A program made the position numbers and the translations under genes. Below are positions 9,677-19,947 of a DNA stretch of 64,000 nucleotides, one piece after another. How positions within the stretch are numbered: position 1 is the stretch's first letter; the number at the start of each line of letters is the position of its first letter. Under the pieces are notes generated by a model. It had not been told where the DNA came from and did not search any database. It worked only from the letters and a program-made list of their open reading frames with translations. The DNA is from an uncultured bacterium (GTDB taxonomy: Bacteria > Hydrothermota > UBA3073 > NMUJ01 > CBEVQO01), in NCBI GenBank assembly GCA_965552055.1, contig CBEVQO010000002.1, positions 352,001 to 416,000 on the forward strand. Reading direction: 5' to 3'.

Positions 9677-10086
9677 TTTACCCTCCCTTCAATTAAATCC
9701 TTCAAAGTGATATTTCTTAATTTCTCTTTAAGCATCTCACTCAAATTTTTCCACATCTCTCTATTTCTGCAATTTTCAGAAAGATTACAAATTTGTGGAT
9801 TTTTTATACAATCGAGGAAATTCAAATCCTCATCCAATATTTCACATAGTTCAAAAATCGTTATTTTATCTGGTTTTTTCAAAATTTTATAACCGCCCCT
9901 TGCTCCCCTCTCACTCTCTATAATCTCATTTCTTTCAAGCACATTTGCGATTTGACGCAGATAAAAGGGAGAAACACCAATTTCACCTGCTATCTCACTT
10001 GTGCTCTTCTTCTCACCGCACGAAAGCGCCATCAAAAACCTTATCCCGTATCTCAACCTCGTCGATATCCTTATCATATCAATCAT
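9673..10086 (-). CDS. Rrf2 family regulator (IscR-like, three Cys)
   Basis: ISTRLRYGIR, SERGARGGY and C-x6-C-x5-C; the true start may be 10077. Confidence 0.9.
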   Translation of the reverse strand: MIDMIRISTRLRYGIRFLMALSCGEKKSTSEIAGEIGVSPFYLRQIANVLERNEIIESERGARGGYKILKKPDKITIFELCEILDEDLNFLDCIKNPQICNLSENCRNREMWKNLSEMLKEKLRNITLKDLIEGRVK

Positions 10087-10108
10087 AATTATTCAAATTG
10101 TAATTTTG

Positions 10109-10837
10109 TCAAGTAATTTTTTTGAGAAAGGATATTATGTAGTTTGATATCTGGGGGTTTGTTTCGCCTTCGTTTATTCCGTGCATCCCTTTTAGCCATC
10201 GTAATTCTTTTATTTTTGATTTCACATTGCGATAAATGAAGCGTGCGCTTTTGGGATGGGCTATGTCGTCATCAACAGAATGCAAAACCAGAATCGGTGC
10301 TTCTATTTTCTTTACAACCTTTTGCGCATCTTTTATCATCTCCTGTATTTCTTCAAATTTATCGAGAGGAATATTGTGGTAAATCCCTATACTCGTTACC
10401 CCTTTTCTCTTTAGTATCATTTCTACAATTTTTACTGCGATTACTCCTACTTTTACAATATTTGTGTAAAATAAAGGTGTATCCCACATCAATAATCCTG
10501 CTACTTTTTCTTTTTCCGCTATTTTAAGTCCGATTATTGCGCCTATTGATAATCCGCCAACGAATACATCTTCAACTTCCTTTTTGAATGCTTTGAATTT
10601 CCTGTGGGCATCTGCTATCCAGTCAGCAGGTGAAGTCTGGAAAAGGTCAAAAGGGTCAACCCTGCCTTCCTTACCTGTGCCATGACCAGGCAAAACAGGG
10701 CAATACACCGTAAAACCAGCTTCATTCAAATCAACTGCTATGCCTTCTAATTCTTTTGGAGTTTTGCCAAAACCATGAATTAGTAAGATACCTTTAGTTC
10801 CTCCCTGTAAAAATATCTCACCGTCACATATCTGCAC
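10109..10837 (-). CDS. Alpha/beta-hydrolase (carboxylesterase-like)
   Basis: LLIHGF, LPGHG, GLSIG nucleophile elbow, and Asp/His in DDIA and GMHG. Confidence 0.88.
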   Translation of the reverse strand: MQICDGEIFLQGGTKGILLIHGFGKTPKELEGIAVDLNEAGFTVYCPVLPGHGTGKEGRVDPFDLFQTSPADWIADAHRKFKAFKKEVEDVFVGGLSIGAIIGLKIAEKEKVAGLLMWDTPLFYTNIVKVGVIAVKIVEMILKRKGVTSIGIYHNIPLDKFEEIQEMIKDAQKVVKKIEAPILVLHSVDDDIAHPKSARFIYRNVKSKIKELRWLKGMHGINEGETNPQISNYIISFLKKIT

Positions 10838-10874
10838 TTATTAAAATAATCGAGATATAGGATTGTCAATTATT

Positions 10875-13800
10875 TTATCTAATGTTTATCACTTTCTTTA
10901 CGATTTCTTTTTCGCCTGTCTTCATCTTAACAAAATAGACACCCGGATTTCCATTCCATTCAAATGTATGTAAGCCCTTCTCAATTCTTCCTTTATAAAG
11001 AACTGCATGGCATCTACCGAGTACATCGTAAACCGAAAGATTTATATCCATAGCATAAGGAACAGAAATGCTCAAAATAATCTTGCCTTTTGATGGATTT
11101 GGATAAACATTTAGATTTAAATTTTTAATAGGTATCTCAAGCAGAGATGCACTTATAGAAAATGAAAAAGTATCGGATGTGCTCTTATTTCCTGCCTTAT
11201 CAACGGCTTCAACAAACCAGTAATAAGTTGCATTACCAAGAGGTATTTCAATTTCTACTATCGTATCCTCGACTTCGACTTCTACTTGTGAAGTTTCTAC
11301 ATCAGGGCTCGTTGAAAGATGCATTATGTATTCTTCTGCTTCTCCCGACCATATTAATGTCACATAAGGGCTATTTAGGATTGTATCATCGGGTGGATAT
11401 TTAAGTATCGGTGCAGGCGGTGGTGTGGTATCCACGAAGAATACCCTTTTCTCCGAATAATCGCTCTTATTGCCTGCCTCATCGTAAGCCCAGACACGCC
11501 ACCAGTAAGTACCCTCGTCAAAATCAAGGGTTATCTTATTTACCTGCAGACCAGAAACATAAGAAATCAGGCTATCAAAGGCACTGTCGCTTGCGAATTC
11601 CAGATAATAGAAAACTTTTGTCCACTTAACTTCTGTCCATTTCAATGTGATGGATGTAATGTTGAACCATTGAGAATCAGCAGGGCTCAAAGGATAGGGT
11701 GCCAAAGGTGGAGTAGCATCAATTATTAATTTAAACGCATCTGTAAAGTCGCTTTCTTGTCCAACAATATCTATTGCTTTTACTCTCCAGTAAATTACGG
11801 TATCCGCTGTCGGTGGTAATGTATAGAATGTATCTGTGATATCTTTTATCGTTATAACATTATTTGTAAAACCGGAATCCGTAGAATATTGCAAAATGTA
11901 GTTTATTTTGCCGAGCACCTGTGGTCTTTTCCAGTGCAAAGTTGGTGTATTGTCGTTTATTACGCTTCCCGAAGCTGGCTCCGATAAAACGGGTTTCTCC
12001 GGCGGAAGTGCATACACGCTTCGCATCCAGCCCCTGCACATTTCAGCAAGGAACACAGCTTTATCCATTGCACAAATAGATGATGCAATAAAATCAAGAG
12101 TATCACATACAAAAGTTGAACCATCTGTGCTTCTTAAAAATAGTGAAATGTGGGCAGTATCGAAATATGCCATAAAAATATAACCCTGGGGCGAAAGCGT
12201 AAGCAATATAGGCAGGTCCGGGTTTGCACAGAAGTGTAGCAAAGTATCCATGTTGCCCGTAAGATTACATTTGAAAAGATAATAATCTGTGTCATTTGGA
12301 GTGAATATCAAATAAAGCAATTTTTTATCGCTGTCCCATGCAATTCTGCCTCCTATATTCAGAAATTCTTCCCATGTAAGTCCTTTGTCGTAGCTTACAA
12401 ATGTAGTTTCACCGGAGGCAAAAACGGTATCACTACCTTCAAGATATTTTACTTTGCTGTTCAAAACCATGTTCCATGTTGCACCGCAATCATCGCTTCT
12501 TATAACTGCTCCACCAGCAAAAGGATAATTGTTTATTCTGCATATTACACTGGAATCAGAAGGCGACACCCACATATCTGCTCCATAGTAATAAGTTGTT
12601 AATAGCCCGAGAATGTCCGTCTTTTCAGCATATTCCCAGTTTGTACCGAAATCGCAAGTGCGATAAAAAACATAAACAGAATCCGGACTTATTGAGGAAG
12701 CTTTATAACATTTAAAGCCATTTGCGTATATGATATTCCCATTCTCTGGATAAATCTGTGCTATCATGTTGTTTTTTGGAGCAGATTCAAAGAATTTGAA
12801 TTCACCATAATTGTAAACTCCATAAAGTAAACCTACGAACCTTTTTCCGAGCCCGATAAATGCAAATTTGTCATTAACACTTTTTGTCGCACTCCATTCA
12901 TGGCAGTAGATCGCATAAAGTCCATCATTATTTAACATGAACTCACCGAAATCAGACATTACCATTGCTCCTGCATCTGTAGCAACCCAAACTTCACCCC
13001 CGCTATTGTAATCAATATCGCTGGAATGTGCAGTCGAATCAAGACACCTGAATTTAAATGTCGTTAAATCACAATAATAAATACCATGAGCACCGAGACT
13101 CACAGCAAGTAGCATAGTGTCTTTCCTAACTATCTCCATATCCTCAATTCGTTTTATACCTATTTCTTTATTCAATTCATCTTTGGGAACCAATTTGTGC
13201 CATGTCAATCCTCTGTCAGTGGAATACAGAATGCACGAATCGTTGAAAGGTCCTGCATCAAAAGAGATGTAAATACCTGCACTATCATATCTGTTCAACA
13301 CGATATCCGTTGGATTTCCCATAAAATTTTTGGTAAAATAAAGAGTATCCCAGACGATTTTTCCCGAAGCAGACACCCCTCCCTTTAAAATCAAATTAAC
13401 ACTATCACCATAACCTACCGCAATGATTAAGCTGTCAAACGCAAAGAAAAAGTCAAGCTGTATGTCATCATAAGGATAAGGGAAATAGTCAATCATAGTA
13501 AAATCTCTGTAAGTTCCATCGTCATCGAATTCATAGAGATAAATGGTATCATTCATAAGAAGATATACACAGACGGTATCGCCCTTTTTATACATCTTTT
13601 CTTCAGATATGGCATCAGGCTCACCATTTATATTCCAGTCATAAAACCATGACATTCCTCCTGTTATTGAACGCATAATCCATCCATTTTGTATGAAAAC
13701 AAAACTCCTTTTGAAAGATACTGACTTTATATCGCCAAACTTCCAGTGCTCAAGATTCCTTATCCACATGCCACCCTGATAATACCACTGGTCTCTTCCT

Positions 13801-13937
13801 GAAAATGCCACAACCTGAGAATTGTCATTCACTCCTATTCTGTAAATCGCACCACCTTCTATGCTTTTCCTTTCCCAGTGGAAATCAATCGCAGAAAGCG
13901 TCCCCCATGCAAATATAAACAAACACAACCACCTCAT
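10875..13937 (-). CDS. Secreted BNR/beta-propeller plus Fn3/Ig-like repeat protein with T9SS-type C-terminal domain
   Basis: Signal peptide MRWLCLFIFAWG after GGAGG; Asp-box motifs (STDRGLTW, SDDCGATW, SYDKGLTW); three YWRV.A.D.AGN.S repeats; VYPNP...GVYFVK C-terminal domain. Confidence 0.8.
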   Translation of the reverse strand: MRWLCLFIFAWGTLSAIDFHWERKSIEGGAIYRIGVNDNSQVVAFSGRDQWYYQGGMWIRNLEHWKFGDIKSVSFKRSFVFIQNGWIMRSITGGMSWFYDWNINGEPDAISEEKMYKKGDTVCVYLLMNDTIYLYEFDDDGTYRDFTMIDYFPYPYDDIQLDFFFAFDSLIIAVGYGDSVNLILKGGVSASGKIVWDTLYFTKNFMGNPTDIVLNRYDSAGIYISFDAGPFNDSCILYSTDRGLTWHKLVPKDELNKEIGIKRIEDMEIVRKDTMLLAVSLGAHGIYYCDLTTFKFRCLDSTAHSSDIDYNSGGEVWVATDAGAMVMSDFGEFMLNNDGLYAIYCHEWSATKSVNDKFAFIGLGKRFVGLLYGVYNYGEFKFFESAPKNNMIAQIYPENGNIIYANGFKCYKASSISPDSVYVFYRTCDFGTNWEYAEKTDILGLLTTYYYGADMWVSPSDSSVICRINNYPFAGGAVIRSDDCGATWNMVLNSKVKYLEGSDTVFASGETTFVSYDKGLTWEEFLNIGGRIAWDSDKKLLYLIFTPNDTDYYLFKCNLTGNMDTLLHFCANPDLPILLTLSPQGYIFMAYFDTAHISLFLRSTDGSTFVCDTLDFIASSICAMDKAVFLAEMCRGWMRSVYALPPEKPVLSEPASGSVINDNTPTLHWKRPQVLGKINYILQYSTDSGFTNNVITIKDITDTFYTLPPTADTVIYWRVKAIDIVGQESDFTDAFKLIIDATPPLAPYPLSPADSQWFNITSITLKWTEVKWTKVFYYLEFASDSAFDSLISYVSGLQVNKITLDFDEGTYWWRVWAYDEAGNKSDYSEKRVFFVDTTPPPAPILKYPPDDTILNSPYVTLIWSGEAEEYIMHLSTSPDVETSQVEVEVEDTIVEIEIPLGNATYYWFVEAVDKAGNKSTSDTFSFSISASLLEIPIKNLNLNVYPNPSKGKIILSISVPYAMDINLSVYDVLGRCHAVLYKGRIEKGLHTFEWNGNPGVYFVKMKTGEKEIVKKVINIR

Positions 13938-13956
13938 CTTACCCTCCAATTTAAGT

Positions 13957-14019
13957 ATTTTAATGAAAAATTTCATTTGTCAACAAAAAATATTGACACA
14001 GATATTTTTTGCTTAAAAT
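13957..14019. promoter_or_regulatory. Divergent promoter pair, both TTGACA-N15-TAAAAT
   Basis: Minus strand: TTGACA 13983-13978, TAAAAT 13962-13957. Plus strand: TTGACA 13993-13998, TAAAAT 14014-14019. Confidence 0.7.
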
Positions 14020-14055
14020 TATTGATGTTATGCCGAAAAATAAAAGGGGGAGTAT

Positions 14056-15780
14056 ATGGAGAAGGCTCTTTTAACAGGAAATGAAGCTGTTGCAAGGGGC
14101 GCTTGGGAGGCAGGTTGCAGAGTAGCGTGCGCTTACCCGGGGACACCTTCTACCGAGATACTCGAAACCATCGGCAAATATTACAAGAAGGATATTTACT
14201 GCGAATGGTCCACCAATGAGAAAGTAGCACTCGAAGTTGCTTTTGGTGCTGCTATGGCAGGTGCACGGTCTATCTGCGCGATGAAACATGTAGGTTTAAA
14301 TGTAGCTGCCGACCCATTTTTCAGTGCAGGATATACAGGTGTAAAGGCAGGCTTTGTGATAGTATCCGCTGATGACCCGGAATGTCACTCATCACAAAAT
14401 GAGCAGGATAACAGACATTACGGGAGAGCTGCGAGAATACCGGTGCTCGAACCTTCTGATTCACAGGAAGCAAAAGAATTCACAAAAATAGCTTTTGAAA
14501 TCTCGGAAAAATTCGATACTCCAGTATTGCTCAGATTAACTACAAGGATAAGTCATTCACGAACGATTGTAAACCTTGAAGATAGAAAAGAAACGCCACC
14601 TCCTGAGTATAAACCCGATTTCAGAAAATATAACTTATTGCCGGTAAATGCAAGAGTAAGAAGAGTAGTCGCACAGGAGAGAATCAAAAAATTACAGGAA
14701 TTTAACGAAACTTTCGAATACAACAAAATTGAATGGGGTGATAAAGATATAGGCATTGTAACATGTGGCATCGCCTATCAATATGTTAAAGAGGTCTTTC
14801 CCACAAAAAGCGTCTTGAAACTCGCAATGACCTATCCCATTCCACCGCGCCTTGTAAAAGATTTCGCAAGCAAAGTTGAAAAACTTTATGTAATCGAAGA
14901 AAGAGACCCATTTATCGAAGAGCAAATTAGATTTCTCGGAATTGAAGTAATCGGAAAAGAAAAGGTACCCATTATCGGTGAATTAAATCAGGAAATTTTG
15001 AGAAAAAGTTTTGGCTTAGAAGAAAAAGGAAATAAAAAACTTGCAGAAAAAGTACCTTCGAGACCTCCTGTTTTGTGCCCTGGTTGTCCTCATCGTGGTG
15101 CTTTTTATGTTATAAATAAACTAAAACTTTACACCACGGGAGACATCGGGTGTTATACACTGGGAGCCCTTCCTCCCTTAAATGCGATGGATACCTGCAT
15201 CTGCATGGGTGCTTCCATAAGTAATGCTTTTGGACTCGAAGTTGCTTTAAGGGAAAAAATATGGGATAAACTTGTGGCAATCATAGGTGATTCAACATTT
15301 TATCATGCAGGGATTCCTCCTTTAATCGACCTTGTTTACAACAAAGGAAGGACAACGGTTATAATCCTTGACAACAGGACAACGGCAATGACAGGTCATC
15401 AGGAGCATCCTGGCACTGGCAAAACCCTAATGGGTGAAGATACGGTTGAAATAAAATTGGAAGATGTAGCAAAAGGATGCGGTGTGAAAAGAGTGAGAGT
15501 CGTTGATGCATTTAATTTGAAAGAAATTGAAGATGCTATAAAAGAAGAAGTAAAGGCACCTGAGCCCTCTGTAATCATAGTAAGGGGTGGATGTGCGCTC
15601 AGAACCCCTCGCAAACCTCCTTTAAAGGTAATCGAAGATAAATGTAAAGGTTGTAAACTATGCATAAAACTTGGCTGTCCTGCTATTTTCTTCAGAGAAG
15701 GCAAAGCTTTTATCTCTGATATTCTGTGTAATGGCTGTGGATTGTGCAAACAGGTTTGTCCATTTGGTGCAATTGAGTAG
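14056..15780 (+). CDS. iorA: Indolepyruvate:ferredoxin oxidoreductase alpha subunit
   Basis: GNEAVARG, YPGTPSTE, MKHVGLNVAAD, LCPGCPH, GDIGCY, GDSTF and a C-terminal ferredoxin domain. Confidence 0.95.
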   Translation: MEKALLTGNEAVARGAWEAGCRVACAYPGTPSTEILETIGKYYKKDIYCEWSTNEKVALEVAFGAAMAGARSICAMKHVGLNVAADPFFSAGYTGVKAGFVIVSADDPECHSSQNEQDNRHYGRAARIPVLEPSDSQEAKEFTKIAFEISEKFDTPVLLRLTTRISHSRTIVNLEDRKETPPPEYKPDFRKYNLLPVNARVRRVVAQERIKKLQEFNETFEYNKIEWGDKDIGIVTCGIAYQYVKEVFPTKSVLKLAMTYPIPPRLVKDFASKVEKLYVIEERDPFIEEQIRFLGIEVIGKEKVPIIGELNQEILRKSFGLEEKGNKKLAEKVPSRPPVLCPGCPHRGAFYVINKLKLYTTGDIGCYTLGALPPLNAMDTCICMGASISNAFGLEVALREKIWDKLVAIIGDSTFYHAGIPPLIDLVYNKGRTTVIILDNRTTAMTGHQEHPGTGKTLMGEDTVEIKLEDVAKGCGVKRVRVVDAFNLKEIEDAIKEEVKAPEPSVIIVRGGCALRTPRKPPLKVIEDKCKGCKLCIKLGCPAIFFREGKAFISDILCNGCGLCKQVCPFGAIE

Positions 15781-15788
15781 GAGGGGCT

Positions 15789-16409
15789 ATGACATATTCC
15801 ATTCTTGTTGCAGGTGTTGGAGGTCAGGGCATTTTGTTATCGAGCGACCTTATTTCGATATGTGCTATGGAAGCTGGTTACGATGTGAAAAAGTCAGAAG
15901 TGCATGGTATGGCACAGAGAGGGGGTGCTGTAGTATCGTGTGTTAGATTCGGAGAAAAAGTTTATTCACCTCTCATAACTCACGGTGAGGCAGATTTTAT
16001 CTTATCTTTCGAAAAATTAGAGGCATTGCGATGGGCTGAATACATAAAAGATGGTGGAATTTTTATAGTTAACAATTTTGAATTCCCTACTCTTGCGATG
16101 AATATAGGAGATGAGGAATATCCCGAAAAAATTGAAGAAAAGTTAAAAAAATTCGGTGAAGTTTATATTATTGACGGTTTATCGCTTGCGCGTAAAGCAG
16201 GAGACCCAAGGGTTACAAATGTTGTTCTGTGCGGTGCACTCGCATTTATGATGAAGGAAAAAGGAATTGACCTCGGAGACGAAAACTGGCAAAAAGCAAT
16301 TGAAAAAAGAGTTCCCAAAAAATATTTGGAAATTAATAAGAGTGCCTTTAAGATGGGATTTGATGCCATGAAAGAGATATATGAGGAATCTCAAAAAGAA
16401 GGGGGCTAA
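15789..16409 (+). CDS. iorB: Indolepyruvate:ferredoxin oxidoreductase beta subunit
   Basis: AGVGGQG and SEVHGMAQRGG; follows iorA. Confidence 0.95.
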   Translation: MTYSILVAGVGGQGILLSSDLISICAMEAGYDVKKSEVHGMAQRGGAVVSCVRFGEKVYSPLITHGEADFILSFEKLEALRWAEYIKDGGIFIVNNFEFPTLAMNIGDEEYPEKIEEKLKKFGEVYIIDGLSLARKAGDPRVTNVVLCGALAFMMKEKGIDLGDENWQKAIEKRVPKKYLEINKSAFKMGFDAMKEIYEESQKEGG

Positions 16410-16808
16410 CTTGGAATTCATAACAAGTTTTTCGCCCGAAGATGTTAGCGAAACAAGATATGATATTACACCTGCGAATATAAATCCCATAAATACTCCG
16501 AATGCCCCACCGAGCAATGAATCGAGGAAGCCCAGTTTCAGGAAAGTAAAAAATTTCTTAACAGAAAAACCTATAAAGTTTATCGCCAAAATCGTAAGTA
16601 TGAAGATTATCAAAAAGGAGACAAGTATTGCGAGTTTCGGATTTGAGATTGGCAAAGCAGATGCAAGTTTCGGGGAGAATCTCACACCAAGGAATACTCC
16701 GAGTGCAATTCCTCCGAGTCCAAAAAGAGCATGCGTTATGCCTTTGACAAAATAATAAATAGCGAATACGAATATAATGACAAGCAAAAGTATATCGAGC
16801 CCGGACAT
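16179..16808 (-). CDS. CvpA (colicin V production) family membrane protein
   Basis: MSGLDILL...KG, LDSLLGGAFG and SKLAP motifs; C-terminus overlaps iorB on the opposite strand. Confidence 0.8.
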   Translation of the reverse strand: MSGLDILLLVIIFVFAIYYFVKGITHALFGLGGIALGVFLGVRFSPKLASALPISNPKLAILVSFLIIFILTILAINFIGFSVKKFFTFLKLGFLDSLLGGAFGVFMGFIFAGVISYLVSLTSSGEKLVMNSKLAPFFLRFLIYLFHGIKSHLKGTLINFQIFFGNSFFNCFLPVFVSEVNSFFLHHKCECTAQNNICNPWVSCFTRKR

Positions 16809-16846
16809 CTTAAATTATACATATATGAGTATTTTGTCAACAAAAA

Positions 16847-17860
16847 ATGGGGATAAAATTTATTCACACTGCTGACCTTCATCTTAAAGAAGATGAGCAA
16901 GGTTTCTCTGTCCTTCGTTTTATTATTGAAAAAGCGATAAAAGAAAACTGCGACGCTGTATTGATAGCAGGTGACCTGTTTGAAAGGAGTTCTTTTTCTA
17001 TTGATTTAAAAGAAAAAGTAAAAGAAATTTTCTCGCTTGCCCCCTCTATCAAAATTTTCATTTTACCAGGTGAATCGGATGTTGACTTTTTCCCTGCGGA
17101 TTACGGAGAAAATGTTGAAATAGTAAATAATGTTCCATTTTACTACAAAAAATTTAAAGATGTTGAAATAATTGGTGTGCCAGTTCAGGAAGGCTTTACT
17201 TTACGAGAAATATTATCGGACCTGAAAAACGACCCCCAGAGGTCAATTTTGCTCATTCATTGCACACTATTTCAGGAATTCGAAGTTTTTAAAGAAAACA
17301 TCATTTTCCCTGTCTTACCAGAAGAAATCGCAGATAAATTTGGTTATATAGCTATGGGACATTATCACAAAGAGATGAAAATTTATCGCCTCGGTAGGTT
17401 CACAAAAGCAGTTTACCCGGGCAGTCCTGTAATGCTTCAGGATACAACAGGAAAAAGAAAAGCAGTATTGGTGCATATTGATTCTTTTATAAGCATTGAA
17501 CCATTTACAATAGATACCCCGTATTTTTCTGAAAAAGAATTCTTCGTCCTTCCATCAGAAGAAGATGATGTATTACTAAAAGTAGAGTTGGAAGCAATGC
17601 AAAGTGATGCGAACAAAGTTTTGATAATCAGAATAAAAGGTGTTTATTCAAAAAAGGAATTTCGTGAAAAAATAGAAGAAATCGTTAAAAAATACATAAC
17701 CGAATTTGCGAACATAATACTTGATTTTCAGGCAAAGCATTTGACCGAAATAAACGGCTATGCAATCGAGAGCTTTTTATATGCTTTAAAATCCCAAAAT
17801 GTTTCCGAAAAAATTAAAATGAGAGCAATCGAAATGTTTATTAACGCTTTAAAATGGTGA
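16847..17860 (+). CDS. SbcD/Mre11-like metallophosphoesterase with altered motif III
   Basis: HTADLH, AGDLF, PGESD (in place of GNHD), MGHYH and YPGSP. Confidence 0.8.
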   Translation: MGIKFIHTADLHLKEDEQGFSVLRFIIEKAIKENCDAVLIAGDLFERSSFSIDLKEKVKEIFSLAPSIKIFILPGESDVDFFPADYGENVEIVNNVPFYYKKFKDVEIIGVPVQEGFTLREILSDLKNDPQRSILLIHCTLFQEFEVFKENIIFPVLPEEIADKFGYIAMGHYHKEMKIYRLGRFTKAVYPGSPVMLQDTTGKRKAVLVHIDSFISIEPFTIDTPYFSEKEFFVLPSEEDDVLLKVELEAMQSDANKVLIIRIKGVYSKKEFREKIEEIVKKYITEFANIILDFQAKHLTEINGYAIESFLYALKSQNVSEKIKMRAIEMFINALKW

Positions 17861-19947
17861 AAATCAAAAAAATATTCATAAGAAATTGCCCTCCTCTTGA
17901 AGATGCAGAAATAGAATTTAAAAATCTCCATTTAATTTATGACAAACTCGATTACAGGAAAAATTTTTTATCAAATCTACTACAGGAAATCATTTTCCAC
18001 AGATTTACAAATGTATCAGAGGCAATAATACAGATAGATTCCAAAGAATATACTTTCCCTTATGAGAAAACACTCGGAGAGCTTTTAAACCTTGCTAATA
18101 TAAATTTGCCAGAAGTTTTAATAGTGAAAAGTGGTGACCTTATCACAACGATTGCATCGGGTGCTTTCTGGTTCAATTTGAAAGAAGCACTGACAGGCAT
18201 TAATTTTGATACATTAAAAGAAAAAATAATGAAAAAATACTCCATCGAAGAAAATAGAATCACAAAGATATTATCCGAATTGCAGGACATCAAACGAAAG
18301 AAAGCAGATATAATCCTGTTAATGCAGGGAGAAAAAGAATTAAAGGCACTTGAATCACAATATGCTTTTATCAAACACAAATTGGCTCTCATTTCACAAC
18401 AGGAAAGATATTTAAGATACAAAAGATTAAAAGAATTGTATGAAGAATGGAAAAGAGCTTACGAAAAATATTCTCAATATGAGAATTTAAAAGAAGATGA
18501 TTTACAGAGATGGAATGAACTTGAGGAAAAAATTTTCAAAAAGAAATCAGAAATAGAAGCCCGCTCAAAAGAATTAATAGAAATAGGTGCAAGAGTCGCA
18601 GACCTAAAGAGAGAAGAAAGCGATAAAAGAGAAGAACTTCGTAAATTAAAGGAAATATTATCTACATCGAGAAAATGGAGAATAACAGAGCAAATTGATA
18701 GGTATAACAAATTAAAAGAAGAATTAACGAAATATACGCCAGAATATTTCTTCGTTGGACTTGGTGTTGCTTTATCCGGTCTTATTGTAAGTGCCTTTGG
18801 CATACTTCATTATGCCATCACGATACCCGGTGCTCTATGTCTCCTCACGGGTTTATTTATGCTGATAAGGCATGCAAGGGGCAGGCTAATAGCAGAAGAA
18901 GCTAAAGAAGTTGCAAAATTCCTCATGAAAAGTGCAAAAAACTTAAAATGGAATGGTGATACACCTGAATCAACAGTTGAATTCATCGAAGAAAAAGAAA
19001 AAAGAGCAGAAGAACTCGAAAAGGAAGAAATACCAAAAATAATGGAAAATCAAAAGGAAATGAATAAAAAAATGGAAGAAATAAAAGCAAAAACTAAAGA
19101 ACTGGGAGAAGAATTAAGAAGATTAGAAGAAGACCTCGAAATTTTAAAACATAGATTGGGTAATATCCCAAAATCCGAACTGGCAAAAAAACTTGATGAA
19201 AAAAAGAGATTGAAAGAATTAATCAACAGCTTGACGATAGAATTAAAAAAGCATTTTGAAACTGATAAACCAAGAGAATGGGAAGCAAAACTCGAAGAGA
19301 TGAAAACATCACCCCCTCAGGCATCTTTAAATATAACAGATAAAGAAAAATATGAAGAACTTCTGAATAAACTTCAAACAGAAATTGAGAAAACAAAAAG
19401 AAGAATGGAGGAATTGAAAAAAGAAGAGTGGATACCATCTGAATTCTACAAAATTTATCTAAAAGAGGGTGAACTCGAAAAAGAGCTCGAAGAAATAGAA
19501 CTGAATAAAAAAGCACTTGATTGTGTTATAAAAACAATCGATAGTTTATCAAAGAGATTAAACGGGATAGTCGAACATGCTGTAAAAATTGATTTACAAA
19601 ATTATCTCCCACGATTTACAAATGGTCAATATGTTGATATCGAAGTTGTAGATGGCAGGTTATATTGCAGGAGGTCAACAGGTGAACATGTGGAGCTATC
19701 TGCTTTGTCACGGGCAAATCAGGACTTACTTGCATTTCTCATAAAATTAACGATTGCTAAAAGATTATTGGGAAAAGGATTTTTGATACTCGATGATTCA
19801 TTTATAACAATGCCACAGAATATGAAAAAAGATTTGATTAAATTTATGGATGAAATAAAAGAAGAATGGCAATTCATTTATCTATCGAGCGACGAAAATA
19901 CGATGAAAATATTTAAAGAAATTGGTGCAGAAATTACTACAATATAA
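17854..19947 (+). CDS. SbcC/Rad50/YhaN-like coiled-coil ABC-ATPase-fold protein with degenerate Walker A
   Basis: N-terminal IKKIFIRN, long coiled coils with a central two-TM hairpin, and C-terminal LSRANQD...LILDDSF...QFIYLS. Confidence 0.75.
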   Translation: MVKIKKIFIRNCPPLEDAEIEFKNLHLIYDKLDYRKNFLSNLLQEIIFHRFTNVSEAIIQIDSKEYTFPYEKTLGELLNLANINLPEVLIVKSGDLITTIASGAFWFNLKEALTGINFDTLKEKIMKKYSIEENRITKILSELQDIKRKKADIILLMQGEKELKALESQYAFIKHKLALISQQERYLRYKRLKELYEEWKRAYEKYSQYENLKEDDLQRWNELEEKIFKKKSEIEARSKELIEIGARVADLKREESDKREELRKLKEILSTSRKWRITEQIDRYNKLKEELTKYTPEYFFVGLGVALSGLIVSAFGILHYAITIPGALCLLTGLFMLIRHARGRLIAEEAKEVAKFLMKSAKNLKWNGDTPESTVEFIEEKEKRAEELEKEEIPKIMENQKEMNKKMEEIKAKTKELGEELRRLEEDLEILKHRLGNIPKSELAKKLDEKKRLKELINSLTIELKKHFETDKPREWEAKLEEMKTSPPQASLNITDKEKYEELLNKLQTEIEKTKRRMEELKKEEWIPSEFYKIYLKEGELEKELEEIELNKKALDCVIKTIDSLSKRLNGIVEHAVKIDLQNYLPRFTNGQYVDIEVVDGRLYCRRSTGEHVELSALSRANQDLLAFLIKLTIAKRLLGKGFLILDDSFITMPQNMKKDLIKFMDEIKEEWQFIYLSSDENTMKIFKEIGAEITTI

